A DNA stretch of 24,313 nt, taken from the NCBI GenBank assembly GCA_964454175.1, contig CAYVSA010000013.1, positions 15,254-39,566 of the forward strand, given 5' to 3'. The translations under genes and the position numbers were made by a program. Of the stretch, positions 7,975-17,583 are shown piece after piece. The notes beneath the pieces were generated by a model. That model was not told the DNA's origin. It saw nothing but the letters and a program-made list of their open reading frames with translations, and did no database searches. Each line of letters opens with the position of its first letter. Positions within the stretch are counted from its first letter, which is position 1. The DNA comes from an uncultured Pseudomonadota bacterium (GTDB taxonomy: Bacteria; BMS3Abin14).

Positions 7975-8772
7975 ATGGTTAAGAGGAAAAAAAGCGACTA
8001 CGTCATTCACTCTGTTGATCACGCCCTGGATGTTTTGGAGGCGTTTCGCGCTAACGAGCCGGAGCTTGGCGTCACCCAGCTTTCCAAAATCCTTAAACTC
8101 CATAAAAATAACGTTTTCCGTATTCTGGCGACCCTGGAGAGCAGGGGGTACATCGAGCAGAACCCCAGGACGGAGAACTACAGACTCGGTCTGAAAGCTT
8201 TCGAGGCAGGGCAGGCGTACCTGAGGCATGTCAGCCTTCTTTCTGTGGCCAATCCGGAGATGGTTCAGCTTTCGGACAGCCTGAAGGAGAATTCCTACCT
8301 GGCAGTCCTGAGGGGGGATTACGTATTTTACCTCGATGAAATAATTGCTGACCAGACTATCCAGGTTGTTTCCAGGCTCGGCACGAGGGTGTCTCCCCAC
8401 TGTACCGCAACGGGAAAGGTCTTCCTGGCTTTTTCGGCAGTGGATCAGGCCGAGTTGATCCTTCAGCACCTGAAACTGGAAAAGATGACTCCTAACACGA
8501 TCATTGACAAGGAGCGCCTGAATAAGATCCTCCAAAAAGTCAGGAGCAGTGGTTGCGCGGTTGATATGGAAGAGTGGACCATGGGGCTCAGGTGCGTCGC
8601 TGCGCCAATACTGGATTATTACGGAAAGATACAGGGGACCCTTTCAGTGAGCGGTCCTGCGGAAAGGATGTCCGAAAAGCGAATAAAAGAGGAGATCGTA
8701 CCCTCTGTAGTAAAATGCGCGACCGAGGCATCCAGAAAAATGGGGTTTGAGACAGGTCGGTCCGTGGAATAG
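7975..8772 (+). CDS. IclR family transcriptional regulator (paralog 1)
   Basis: N-terminal wHTH SVDHALDVLE..LHKNNVFRILATL..YRLG; effector domain HCTATGKVFLA and EE..GLRCVAAPI. Confidence 0.93.
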   Translation: MVKRKKSDYVIHSVDHALDVLEAFRANEPELGVTQLSKILKLHKNNVFRILATLESRGYIEQNPRTENYRLGLKAFEAGQAYLRHVSLLSVANPEMVQLSDSLKENSYLAVLRGDYVFYLDEIIADQTIQVVSRLGTRVSPHCTATGKVFLAFSAVDQAELILQHLKLEKMTPNTIIDKERLNKILQKVRSSGCAVDMEEWTMGLRCVAAPILDYYGKIQGTLSVSGPAERMSEKRIKEEIVPSVVKCATEASRKMGFETGRSVE

Positions 8773-8864
8773 TTCCAGGTTCCAGGTGACAAACCCCGGA
8801 TTCTCCCCCAACGAACATCGAAGTTGATACCAAGAACCGGTTCATTTCCATATTAATCACTTCC

Positions 8865-8893
8865 TTGACTTATCCTCCGCTCATCAATACAAT
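8865..8893 (+). promoter_or_regulatory. Sigma70 promoter for IclR paralog 2
   Basis: TTGACT-17 bp-TACAAT. Confidence 0.75.
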
Positions 8894-9042
8894 TCCCTGT
8901 CATTCTGACGAGAAGTCGCGGTTGTTCTTGTAGAGCTCTACGGCCGTTGGCTTTTGCTTGTTCCAGCCGTCTTCGTCAGGCACGATCCTGCAGGCGGCCG
9001 TGGGTCAGGGTGCGTTCAGGAGGAATTACCCGGAGGTTGCAG

Positions 9043-9849
9043 ATGACTCAAACCAGAAGAAAGAAATCGGATTACATAATTCAGTCGGTTGACCACGCCC
9101 TGGATGTCCTTGAAGCGTTTCACGGTGATGAGGATGAGTTGGGAATAACAGAACTCAGCCGCCGCCTGAAGCTCCACAAGAACAACATTTTCAGGATCCT
9201 TGCAACCCTGACCAACAGGGGCTACATGGAACAAAACAGGACCAATGACAATTACCGGCTGGGACTCAAGACTCTTGAGCTTGGTCAGACCTACATTCGC
9301 CATGCCGGTCTTCTAAAGGTAGCCCGACCGATAATGGAGAAACTGGGCGAACAGATCAACGAAAATATTTATATAGGCATTTTAAAGGGCAAGTTCGCAT
9401 TCTACCTGGATGTTGTGGAGTCCGATCACACGGTTCGTGTCCTTTCCAGGGTCGGATGCAGAGTTCCAACCTACTGTTCAGCTATCGGCAAGGCGCAGCT
9501 TGCATATGAGTCTATGGAGAACATCCTTGAGGTCCTCAACAAAAAGGAACTTAAAAGCTTCACTCCCAACACGATCACTGACAGGGACCGGATTCTCGAT
9601 CACCTTGAACTGATCAAGGAGCTTGGCTACGCCGTTGATGATGAGGAGTGGGATGAGGGAGTGCGGTGCGTGGGGGCCCCGGTGTGTGATTACACGAGGA
9701 AGGTTGTTGCAGCCCTTTCCATATCAGCCCCGTCGGTGAGGCTCAGCACAAACAAGATCAAAAAGGAATATGTTCCGCTGCTTAAGAAGGCAAGTGCAGA
9801 GATCTCGAAGCAGTTGGGCTTCAAGGCTCTTGAAGACCTGGATAGCTGA
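9043..9849 (+). CDS. IclR family transcriptional regulator (paralog 2)
   Basis: Same domain motifs (YCSAIGKAQLA, DDEE..GVRCVGAPV). Start moved to ATG 9043 on the basis of the GGAGG RBS and alignment with paralog 1. Confidence 0.93.
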   Translation: MTQTRRKKSDYIIQSVDHALDVLEAFHGDEDELGITELSRRLKLHKNNIFRILATLTNRGYMEQNRTNDNYRLGLKTLELGQTYIRHAGLLKVARPIMEKLGEQINENIYIGILKGKFAFYLDVVESDHTVRVLSRVGCRVPTYCSAIGKAQLAYESMENILEVLNKKELKSFTPNTITDRDRILDHLELIKELGYAVDDEEWDEGVRCVGAPVCDYTRKVVAALSISAPSVRLSTNKIKKEYVPLLKKASAEISKQLGFKALEDLDS

Positions 9850-9881
9850 GGTCTCCAAAACCCCTGTCAGCGAGGAATGCC

Positions 9882-10436
9882 ATGATAGAAAAGATGAGAC
9901 TCAACGCAAAGGACACCCTGCTCCTGATAGTGGATGTTCAGGAACGGTTGGCCAGGGTCATGGAGCGCAGGGAACAGGTGACCGGACGCATTAATGTCCT
10001 TTTAAGGCTGGCTGACTTAATGGATATGCCTGTTGTACTTACACAACAGTACACAAAAGGGCTGGGTCCTACTGTTGAAGATTTGTCTGTGAACCTCGAA
10101 GGTGTGGACCCCGTGGAGAAGATTCACTTTTCCTGCTGCGGAGAGAATTCCTTTGTGAGGCAGATGGACGCTTCCGGGCGCAAGACGGTTCTGCTGACCG
10201 GAATGGAGGCCCATGTGTGTGTCCTCCAGACGTCCCTGGATCTGCTGTCTGCCGGTTACAATGTCCATGTCCCCTGGGACGCCGTATGCTCGCGCGACGA
10301 CGGTAACCGCGAATGGGCGCTGCGTTTTATGGAAAGAGCCGGGGCCACGATAACCTCTTCCGAGACCGCCGCTTTTCAGATCCTGGTGAAGGCCGGGACG
10401 CCGGAGTTCAAGGAAATTTCTTCAATGCTGAGATGA
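9882..10436 (+). CDS. Isochorismatase/cysteine hydrolase family protein
   Basis: Asp-Lys-Cys triad in IVDVQE, EKIHFSC and GMEAHVCV; GLGPTV motif. Confidence 0.88.
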   Translation: MIEKMRLNAKDTLLLIVDVQERLARVMERREQVTGRINVLLRLADLMDMPVVLTQQYTKGLGPTVEDLSVNLEGVDPVEKIHFSCCGENSFVRQMDASGRKTVLLTGMEAHVCVLQTSLDLLSAGYNVHVPWDAVCSRDDGNREWALRFMERAGATITSSETAAFQILVKAGTPEFKEISSMLR

Positions 10437-10461
10437 TAAGTTGGGATCCAGGTCCAGAGTC

Positions 10462-10493
10462 CCCTTCGATCACGCCTATGGCGTGACTCAGGG
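10462..10493. repeat. REP-like hairpin (ccct-tcga-tcacgcc-tat-ggcgtga-ctc-aggg)
   Basis: Nested inverted repeat just downstream of a stop codon; single copy in this window. Confidence 0.45.
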
Positions 10494-10578
10494 CAGGCAA
10501 TATCCGAGGTCTTGTGGAACATCAATTGTATCTATTTACAAAAACAGGTCTATTCAACATGGAATTGAACAGCTCTAG

Positions 10579-12462
10579 ATGAAATCACCCATCACGATCG
10601 ACAGCCCCGGCAAGGAAGTGCTCTTTTCCGGGAATGAAGCCATAGCCCGCGCCTGCGTTGAGACAGGCGTTTCTCTTGTCACCGGTTATCCTGGTACTCC
10701 AACATCCCCGGTTATCGAGATACTCAGACGTGAGAAGGCAGGCCTGCATGCCAGATGGGCCGTCAATGAAAAAGTTGCCATGGATGTCGCAACCGGCAAT
10801 TCCTGGGCGGGTCTGCGCTCCATGGTCACAATGAAAATGTCAGGGCTTAACGTGGCTTCTGACACCGTCCTTTCCGTGGCAGCTTCGGGTACCGTCGGCG
10901 GTCTCGTGATCTATGTTGGTGACGACCCGAATGTGTATTACGGCATGGTGGAGCAGGATTCTCGATACTATGCGCTGCTTGCCTCAGCTCCGATGCTTGT
11001 ACCTGCTAATCCCCAGGAGATGCTTGAATATACAAGGTTCGCTTTCGAGCTGTCTGAAAAGATCGGCGGCCCCGTATTCCTCAGGAGCACCACCGTGCTG
11101 TCATACACATACAGCAAGGTAACACTCGGGGAGATAAGAAGGCTTCGTCAGAAAGCCCATTTTTCTTTCGATGTGGACAAATACACAAAGGCGGGCTCCC
11201 TGAGGTGTCTGGCCCAGCACCAGGAGGCTCTTGACAGGGTAAAGCTGGCATCGCTGGAGGCGGACTTTCTGAATGTACTTACTGAGACCGGCAGCGATGT
11301 GGGGATCATAGCCTCTTCACTCGCCTGGGATTACCTTATGGAGGTGATGGAAAAGCACGACCTTGACCTGACCCGTCTGAAGGTTTCCACTGCCCACCCG
11401 GCCCCGAAGACCAAGATAGGGGTCCTCATTGGCTCAGTGAAAAAAGTCCTGGTTCTCGAAGAACTTGAACCCGTTATCGAGATGGCAGTCCGTTCAGAAG
11501 CCACCAGGACCGGAGCCTCTCCGGAAATTTTCGGTAAGGAGGACGGTCTACTGTCAAGGGTGGGTGATCTGTCCCCGGATATTATCAGGGATGCTCTTTC
11601 AAAAGTGCTGGGTAAAGACCTGGAGGTCTGCGCCGGCATGGATGTTGATGTACGCGCAGAGGGCATGAAGGTGAACAGGCTTCTGACCTTCTGTGCAGGC
11701 TGCCCCCATCGAAGCTCGTATTTTGCCCTGCAGAAGGCTATGAGAGGGCTTGGCCTGGATCCGGCAAAAATACCGGTAACCGGCGATATCGGGTGTACGA
11801 TCCTCGGGATCAACGAGCCATTCAATATCTGCTGGACCGAAGTCTCCATGGGCAACAGCATAGGCCTGGCCTCCGGTTTTGCTGGAGCCGGGATCGAGGG
11901 GCCCGTGGTCGCCGTCCTTGGAGACGGCACTTTCTACCATTCTGGTATTCCGCCAATTATCGATGCCGTTACCGCAGGCAGGGACCAACCGCTGGTTATC
12001 CTGGACAATAACTGGATGTCCATGACGGGTTACCAGGAAAACCCCGGTACACGCGATGGCGGGTCGCCCCCTCTTCCCATCGAAAAGGTGCTGACGGGAG
12101 TTGGAGTACGGAAGATCTGGATCCAGAACCCCTATAAGCTCAAGGCCACCGTAAAGGTGTTTAAAAAACTCCTGAAAGCAAAAGGGGTGAATGCGGTTAT
12201 CCTCAGGGCGCCCTGCGTGGCCAGGCAGCCAACCCCTCTGGATATACCCGTCGTGGTAAAACAGGGTAAGTGCACCGGATTTTCCGGATGCGAAAAAACC
12301 TGCATCGAGGCTCTCGCCTGTCCGGCAATTGCCCGCGACGGCGATACAGTTCATATCGAGAGGGACTACTGCATGAGTTGTGGGCTCTGCCGACACTACT
12401 GTCCTGAGGGGGCGATAAAAAGGAAATGGCTGTCGACCCGAAGGAGGAAAGTTGGAATTTAA
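10579..12462 (+). CDS. iorA: Indolepyruvate:ferredoxin oxidoreductase subunit alpha
   Basis: GNEAIAR, GYPGTP, NEKVA, FCAGCPHR, GDIGC, TPP motif GDGTFYHSG..LDN, and C-terminal ferredoxin cysteines (CMSCGLCRHYCP). Confidence 0.9.
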   Translation: MKSPITIDSPGKEVLFSGNEAIARACVETGVSLVTGYPGTPTSPVIEILRREKAGLHARWAVNEKVAMDVATGNSWAGLRSMVTMKMSGLNVASDTVLSVAASGTVGGLVIYVGDDPNVYYGMVEQDSRYYALLASAPMLVPANPQEMLEYTRFAFELSEKIGGPVFLRSTTVLSYTYSKVTLGEIRRLRQKAHFSFDVDKYTKAGSLRCLAQHQEALDRVKLASLEADFLNVLTETGSDVGIIASSLAWDYLMEVMEKHDLDLTRLKVSTAHPAPKTKIGVLIGSVKKVLVLEELEPVIEMAVRSEATRTGASPEIFGKEDGLLSRVGDLSPDIIRDALSKVLGKDLEVCAGMDVDVRAEGMKVNRLLTFCAGCPHRSSYFALQKAMRGLGLDPAKIPVTGDIGCTILGINEPFNICWTEVSMGNSIGLASGFAGAGIEGPVVAVLGDGTFYHSGIPPIIDAVTAGRDQPLVILDNNWMSMTGYQENPGTRDGGSPPLPIEKVLTGVGVRKIWIQNPYKLKATVKVFKKLLKAKGVNAVILRAPCVARQPTPLDIPVVVKQGKCTGFSGCEKTCIEALACPAIARDGDTVHIERDYCMSCGLCRHYCPEGAIKRKWLSTRRRKVGI

Positions 12463-13045
12463 CATAGTCGCTGCCGGTATTGGCGGGCAGGGTATTGTCC
12501 TGTTTTCCGAGATCCTGGCCAAAGCCATGCTGGAAGAGGGGATGAATGCCAGCTTCTACGTCCACTCCGGGTTGGCCCAGCTGGGAGGGTCCGTTAGAAG
12601 TCACATTCGATGCGGGGACAGGATATGCCCGAAAATATCCCATGGCTGTGCCGACGTTATTCTATCCCTGGAACTGTCCGAAATACTTCACACGATCCCT
12701 TATATGAAGAAGGAGGGTGTTGCGCTCATCAGCCAGCAGACCCACCAGCCCTATCATTCAAGGATGGATCCCGCCAAATACCCCGACACAGAAAAAATTC
12801 AGGAACTTTTTACCGAGGCCGGATCACGCTGTACTTTCGTTCCGGCAGATGAACTTTCCAAAAAAGCCGGTCATTTGCAGACTCTGAACATGGTGATGCT
12901 GGGGAGCCTTGTGGGCACATCCGGCATTGTGGACACGGAGAGCGTTGTCAGTGTTATACGTAACTGTCTTGATAGGGGGCAGGATGTTAATGTGGAGGCT
13001 TTTTGGAAGGGGTTTGAATTCATCAAGGGTCAGGATTATGTTTAA
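12452..13045 (+). CDS. iorB: Indolepyruvate:ferredoxin oxidoreductase subunit beta
   Basis: GIGGQG, GLAQLGGSVRSHIR and NMVMLG motifs; TTG start overlaps the end of iorA. Confidence 0.88.
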   Translation: MEFNIVAAGIGGQGIVLFSEILAKAMLEEGMNASFYVHSGLAQLGGSVRSHIRCGDRICPKISHGCADVILSLELSEILHTIPYMKKEGVALISQQTHQPYHSRMDPAKYPDTEKIQELFTEAGSRCTFVPADELSKKAGHLQTLNMVMLGSLVGTSGIVDTESVVSVIRNCLDRGQDVNVEAFWKGFEFIKGQDYV

Positions 13046-13073
13046 CCGGGAATTGGGGTTATGCGGCGGTGAA

Positions 13074-13174
13074 AACGGGCAACCTTCTGCGTTCTCAGTC
13101 GTCAGAAATCCTCGACGTATGTCCCATATACGACTCCGGTTTCTTCCTCCCTGCGGCCTTGAATCTCACCCGTT
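13074..13174. repeat. Structured repeat family B, copy 1 (101-bp core)
   Basis: Ungapped alignment to 19261-19361 with about 20 mismatches; terminal aacggg/cccgtt inverted repeat and central cgtatg-tccca-tatacg hairpin. Confidence 0.9.
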
Positions 13175-13600
13175 TTCCCTCACCTTTATTGCAAATGAAA
13201 CTCTATAGTACACTTTGAACCTCGGACCCGTTATTTTCGTGTGGATCGCGCCACGTAACTGACACCTTCTCGAACCTCTGTTACAGGCCTTCGGATATAA
13301 ATAAATATCCCGGTTTTAAGATCAAGGGTCGAAACAGACAACAGGATCACTCTAAACTAACTAAACCCTTTTTGTGAGCCTTGTTTTAATCTGAGGGCCT
13401 TTTTCCCATCGTTCATCCTCTATTTTTCCCGATAAATTATTTCTTTATTACATGGAATCTGGAACCTGGAACATGGAACTGCAACCGCCAGGCTGCCACC
13501 CGTTTCCCCTCGCCTTTTTAGCAAATGAAACTCTATAGTACACGTTGAACCTTGGACGTTGGGCGTTGGGCGTTGGACATTGGATGTTGGACCCGATAAT
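13167..13600 (+). repeat. Direct repeat pair (13167-13235 and 13497-13600, offset 330 bp)
   Basis: Both copies read cacccgttt.ccctc.ccttt.t.gcaaatgaaactctatagtacac.ttgaacct.ggac; the second carries five additional heptamers. Confidence 0.88.
13451..13479. repeat. Heptamer tandem repeat (catggaa/cctggaa)
   Basis: catggaa tctggaa cctggaa catggaa. Confidence 0.8.
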
Positions 13601-13627
13601 TTGTGAGGATAGCGAACCCATCGAAAT

Positions 13628-13666
13628 ACAACATCATTGTTGTTATGAGCCAAATTTTGTTATACT
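13628..13666 (+). promoter_or_regulatory. Extended -10 promoter with an overlapping palindromic operator candidate upstream of the carboxylase operon
   Basis: TG-T-TATACT at 13658-13666; ACAACA-tcat-TGTTGT inverted repeat at 13628-13643 covers the -35 position. Confidence 0.55.
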
Positions 13667-13723
13667 TTTTTCTTTTACCTACCAATTAAGAGAACAATTC
13701 AATCCTTCGAACGGAGGCAGCAG

Positions 13724-15274
13724 ATGTCACTGAAAGATGTGTTCGACAGGCTAGAAAAACAGAATGCCGAGGCGGAGCTGGGCGGAGGAGAAAAGCGTAT
13801 AGCCAAACAGCACGAGATCGGGAAATTCACGGCTCGGGAGCGGATCAACCTCCTTCTGGATGAGGGCAGCTTTGTTGAGATGGACAAGTTCGTAACCCAC
13901 AGGTGCCTTGATTTCGGGATGGACAAGCAGAAGATCCCCGGCGACGGCGTTGTCACAGGGTACGGTACTGTTAACGGCCGCAAATTATATATATTTGCCC
14001 AGGACTTTACGATTTTCGGCGGCTCACTTTCAGGAGCCTATGCCGAGAAAGTGGTAAAGATAATGGACCTTGCCATGAAGCACGGTGTTCCAGTTATCGG
14101 CCTTAACGATTCGGGGGGCGCCAGGATCCAGGAGGGTGTTGTCAGCCTGGGAGGATACGCTGACATCTTTCTCAGGAACACCCTTGCCTCGGGGGTGGTG
14201 CCTCAGATCTCGGTCATTATGGGCCCCTGTGCCGGCGGCGCTGTCTACAGCCCGGCTATTACCGACTTTATTATAATGGTCAAGAAAACAAGCTTCATGT
14301 TTATTACCGGACCGGAGGTCATAAAAGCGGTAACCCACGAAGAAGTTACCATGGAGGACCTGGGTGGGGCTATTGCACACTCAACAAAGAGCGGTGTTTG
14401 CCACCTCGCTGGAGAGGACGAGAAGGAATCGCTGGGGATGGTAAGGGAACTCCTCTCCTTCATCCCGCAGAATAATGCCGAAGATCCACCTTTCGAGCCT
14501 TCCGATGACGACCCTCTCAGGGAGGATGAATCCCTCAACGAGGTAGTCCCCGACAATCCCAACAAACCTTACGACATCCGGGACATAATCAATGTCGTGG
14601 CCGACGACAGGCACTTTTTCGAGATACAGGAACATTATGCCCCGAACATCATCATCGGGTTCATGCGCCTCGGGGGACATTCGGTTGGGGTTGTCGCGAA
14701 CCAGCCTGCCTACCTGGCTGGTGTTCTTGACATCGATGCCTCCATCAAGGGCGGAAGGTTCGTAAGGTTCTGCGACGCTTTCAACATACCCCTGATAGTA
14801 TTCGAGGATGTGCCGGGATTCCTGCCGGGTCTGGATCAGGAATACGGGGGGATAATAAAGCACGGTGCCAAGCTGCTTTACGCTTTCTGCGAGGCCACCG
14901 TTCCCAAGCTTACAGTGATTACCAGGAAGGCGTACGGCGGTGCCTACTGCGTGATGAACTCGAAGCACATCCGGGCGGATTTCAACTTTGCCTATCCCAC
15001 ATCGGAAATTGCAGTTATGGGACCTGACGGCGCTGTGAACATCATCTTTAGAAACGAACTGAAGGAGGCCGAGGACGCGGCCGTTCGCAAAGACGAGCTG
15101 GTTGCCGATTTCAGGGATAAGTTCTCCAATCCGTACAAGGCGGCAGAGCTGGGCTATGTCGACGAGGTTATACTTCCTCAGCAGACAAGGCCGCGCCTTG
15201 TCAGAGCCCTTGAGATGTCCCTGTCCAAAAGAGACAGCAACCCGCCGAAAAAACACGGAAATATACCGCTTTGA
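13724..15274 (+). CDS. pccB: Propionyl-/methylmalonyl-CoA carboxyltransferase subunit
   Basis: [47 protein letters not shown] and C-terminal KKHGNIPL; methylmalonyl-CoA pathway context. Confidence 0.92.
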   Translation: MSLKDVFDRLEKQNAEAELGGGEKRIAKQHEIGKFTARERINLLLDEGSFVEMDKFVTHRCLDFGMDKQKIPGDGVVTGYGTVNGRKLYIFAQDFTIFGGSLSGAYAEKVVKIMDLAMKHGVPVIGLNDSGGARIQEGVVSLGGYADIFLRNTLASGVVPQISVIMGPCAGGAVYSPAITDFIIMVKKTSFMFITGPEVIKAVTHEEVTMEDLGGAIAHSTKSGVCHLAGEDEKESLGMVRELLSFIPQNNAEDPPFEPSDDDPLREDESLNEVVPDNPNKPYDIRDIINVVADDRHFFEIQEHYAPNIIIGFMRLGGHSVGVVANQPAYLAGVLDIDASIKGGRFVRFCDAFNIPLIVFEDVPGFLPGLDQEYGGIIKHGAKLLYAFCEATVPKLTVITRKAYGGAYCVMNSKHIRADFNFAYPTSEIAVMGPDGAVNIIFRNELKEAEDAAVRKDELVADFRDKFSNPYKAAELGYVDEVILPQQTRPRLVRALEMSLSKRDSNPPKKHGNIPL

Positions 15275-15291
15275 TTGAAAGGCGAGCTGGT

Positions 15292-15355
15292 TTCAAGTTC
15301 CAGGTTCCAGATTGAAATAATAATAAAGATATACATGGAACATGGAACATGGAAC
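15292..15355. repeat. Inverted pair of heptamer arrays (ttccagg... / catggaa x3)
   Basis: ttcaagttccaggttccaga, then an AT-rich spacer, then catggaacatggaacatggaac. Confidence 0.75.
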
Positions 15356-15384
15356 CGGGTCAATACTACTCCGCAGGAGGATAA

Positions 15385-16887
15385 ATGATGTTCAAGAAGG
15401 TGCTGATAGCCAACAGGGGGGAGATCGCGGTCAGACTGATCCGTGCCTGCAGAGAGCTGGGCATACCCACCGTAGCAGTCTACTCAGAGGCCGACAGAAA
15501 TTCCCTCCATGTCAGGTGCGCAGATGAAGCCTACTGTATCGGCCCTGCGCCTTCCTCCGAAAGTTATCTTGTCATGTCCAGGATCATGGATGTTGCGTCC
15601 AGTACTGGTGCAGATGCGGTCCATCCCGGCTACGGATTTTTGGCTGAGAACCCCGAATTTGCCAAGCTTTGCAAGAAATCTGGAATTTCATTCATAGGAC
15701 CTTCCCCTGAAGCCATAGAAATGATGGGGCACAAGACCGTAGCCAGACAGACCATGCTAAACGCGGGTGTCCCCGTGGTACCGGGAACTGAAACAGTGGA
15801 CGACGACGATGTTTTAGCCAGCCGGGCCTTGGAGATGTCGTTCCCGGTAATGGTCAAGGCAGCTGCCGGCGGCGGTGGAAAAGGGATGAGGGTCGTTCGC
15901 GAGGAAAAGGAAATTGAGGGTGCGATCAGGGCGGCCCGATCAGAAGCCAGATCGTCTTTCGGGAACGATGCGGTTTATGTTGAGAAGTATCTCGAGGAAC
16001 CCCGACATATCGAGTTCCAGATACTTGCTGACAAACACGGAAATGTGGTCCACCTGTTCGAGAGGGAGTGCTCTATACAGAGACGGCACCAGAAAGTTAT
16101 CGAGGAGGCGCCTTCAATGGCCCTGGACGACGACCTGCGCCGCCGCATGGGCGAGTCTGCAGTACTGGCGGCAAAGGCAGCGGGATACTGGAGCGCAGGC
16201 ACTGTGGAGTTTCTACTTGACCGGGAGGGGAACTACTACTTCCTGGAGATGAATACCCGTCTTCAGGTGGAGCATCCCGTTACCGAGATGATAACGGGCG
16301 TGGACATTGCCAAGGAGATGTTCAGGATAGCCAGTGGTGAAAAGCTTTCAATCTCCCAGGAAGATGTGAAGATGAACGGCTGGGCCATGGAGTGCAGGAT
16401 ATATGCTGAGGATCCCTTCAACAACTTCATACCCTCACCCGGAAAGATCTTTACACTTCGGGCACCATCCGGACCGGGCGTACGGGATGATTCCGGTGTA
16501 TTTGCCGGCTATGAAGTTCCGCTTCACTACGATCCCATGATCTCCAAACTGTGCACTTGGGGAGCCACGCGGACAGAGTCCATCAACAGGATGAAGAGGG
16601 CCCTTGGCGAATATGTCATCAAGGGCATCAAAACCACCATACCCTTCCATCTGAGGGTGATGAACAATGAACAGTTCCTCTCCGGCGAGATACATACCGG
16701 ATTTATAGGCGATGGGTTCATTATGGAGTCAACCGTGCAGTCAGAAGGGTTCAAAGAAGTTGCTCTTGCAGCAGCAGCTTTGCACCTTCAGAGAAAGACG
16801 CGTGAACATGTGGGCGAAGCGGGGCCTGAGGGCAAAACGGTTGATGCGTGGAAAATGATGGGCAGGAGGTCGCGATGGGCTACGTAG
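15385..16887 (+). CDS. accC: Biotin carboxylase subunit
   Basis: [37 protein letters not shown] and [10 protein letters not shown] motifs; AGGAGG RBS (start 15385 or 15388). Confidence 0.93.
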   Translation: MMFKKVLIANRGEIAVRLIRACRELGIPTVAVYSEADRNSLHVRCADEAYCIGPAPSSESYLVMSRIMDVASSTGADAVHPGYGFLAENPEFAKLCKKSGISFIGPSPEAIEMMGHKTVARQTMLNAGVPVVPGTETVDDDDVLASRALEMSFPVMVKAAAGGGGKGMRVVREEKEIEGAIRAARSEARSSFGNDAVYVEKYLEEPRHIEFQILADKHGNVVHLFERECSIQRRHQKVIEEAPSMALDDDLRRRMGESAVLAAKAAGYWSAGTVEFLLDREGNYYFLEMNTRLQVEHPVTEMITGVDIAKEMFRIASGEKLSISQEDVKMNGWAMECRIYAEDPFNNFIPSPGKIFTLRAPSGPGVRDDSGVFAGYEVPLHYDPMISKLCTWGATRTESINRMKRALGEYVIKGIKTTIPFHLRVMNNEQFLSGEIHTGFIGDGFIMESTVQSEGFKEVALAAAALHLQRKTREHVGEAGPEGKTVDAWKMMGRRSRWAT

Positions 16888-17372
16888 CGGTTATCGACGG
16901 CGAGGAGTTGCCGGTTACCATCGTCAAGGAAGGGGACCAGCACAGGATCAGGGTCGGGGACTGCGAATTGGTCGTGGACGACTTCTGGACCAGGACAGAC
17001 CTGGTGTCTTTTATCATGGATGGAAGATCTTTCCAGGTGGACATTCACAGCGATGGTGACCATTACGGTGTGATGATAGAAGGCGAGCAGTTCGAATTCG
17101 AGTTGTACGACGAGCGCAAGGCCATGCTGAAGGTTGGTGCGGCGCTTGGCACTGAAGGTGTCCAGGAGATAAAGACCTCCATGCCGGGAATGATAGTCAA
17201 GGTGCTGGTTAAGGAAGGGGACGAGGTTTCGGAAGGGGACGGACTTGTGATCGTCGAGGCTATGAAGATGGAGAACGAGATGAAGTCGCCTAAGGATGGG
17301 GTGGTTGTTAAAGTCGGAATTGGTGAAGGAGATGCGGTGGAGGCGGGGGCGCTTCTTGTCGTCGTCGAATAA
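16875..17372 (+). CDS. Biotin carboxyl carrier protein with an N-terminal extension
   Basis: EAMKM biotinylation motif and MPG hinge; start ATG 16875 follows AGGAGG and overlaps the end of accC. Confidence 0.9.
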   Translation: MGYVAVIDGEELPVTIVKEGDQHRIRVGDCELVVDDFWTRTDLVSFIMDGRSFQVDIHSDGDHYGVMIEGEQFEFELYDERKAMLKVGAALGTEGVQEIKTSMPGMIVKVLVKEGDEVSEGDGLVIVEAMKMENEMKSPKDGVVVKVGIGEGDAVEAGALLVVVE

Positions 17373-17404
17373 TGTTTGCCGTAGAGCCGGTTCAGAGTCC
17401 CGAT

Positions 17405-17460
17405 AAGAGGCCATCTACTTTGTTGTCGGTCCTCGGTAATCCTCGACGTATGTGCCATAT
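17405..17460. repeat. Structured repeat family B, truncated left half
   Basis: ggccatctac..gtt..gtc..atcctcgacgtatgtgccatat aligns with the first half of both full copies. Confidence 0.7.
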
Positions 17461-17462
17461 GA

Positions 17463-17541
17463 CCCCTCCCTTGATGGGAGGGGATAAAGGGGAGGGTGAA
17501 ATATTACCACCCCCTCCTGACCTCCCCCATCAAGGGGGAGG
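17463..17541. repeat. Long G/C-run palindromic REP-like element
   Basis: ccttgatggg/cccatcaagg outer arms and ggagggtg/caccccctcc imperfect inner arms. Confidence 0.75.
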
Positions 17542-17583
17542 TATTCAACCTTCAACTTTCAACATTGAACAAGGCTTAAACCG

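Noticed and set aside
8947-9042. N-terminal extension of IclR paralog 2
   Set aside because: The RBS and paralog alignment support ATG 9043; this stretch is 5' leader.
12909-13208. ORF containing MSHIRLR..PCGL, also seen as the N-terminal extension of mce at 19306
   Set aside because: Translation of repeat family B; the mce start at 19399 has a proper RBS.
13236-13450. Possible pseudogene remnant on the minus strand (GAGGA then ATG GGA AAA AGG)
   Set aside because: The frame stops after 7 codons and no homology is recognisable.
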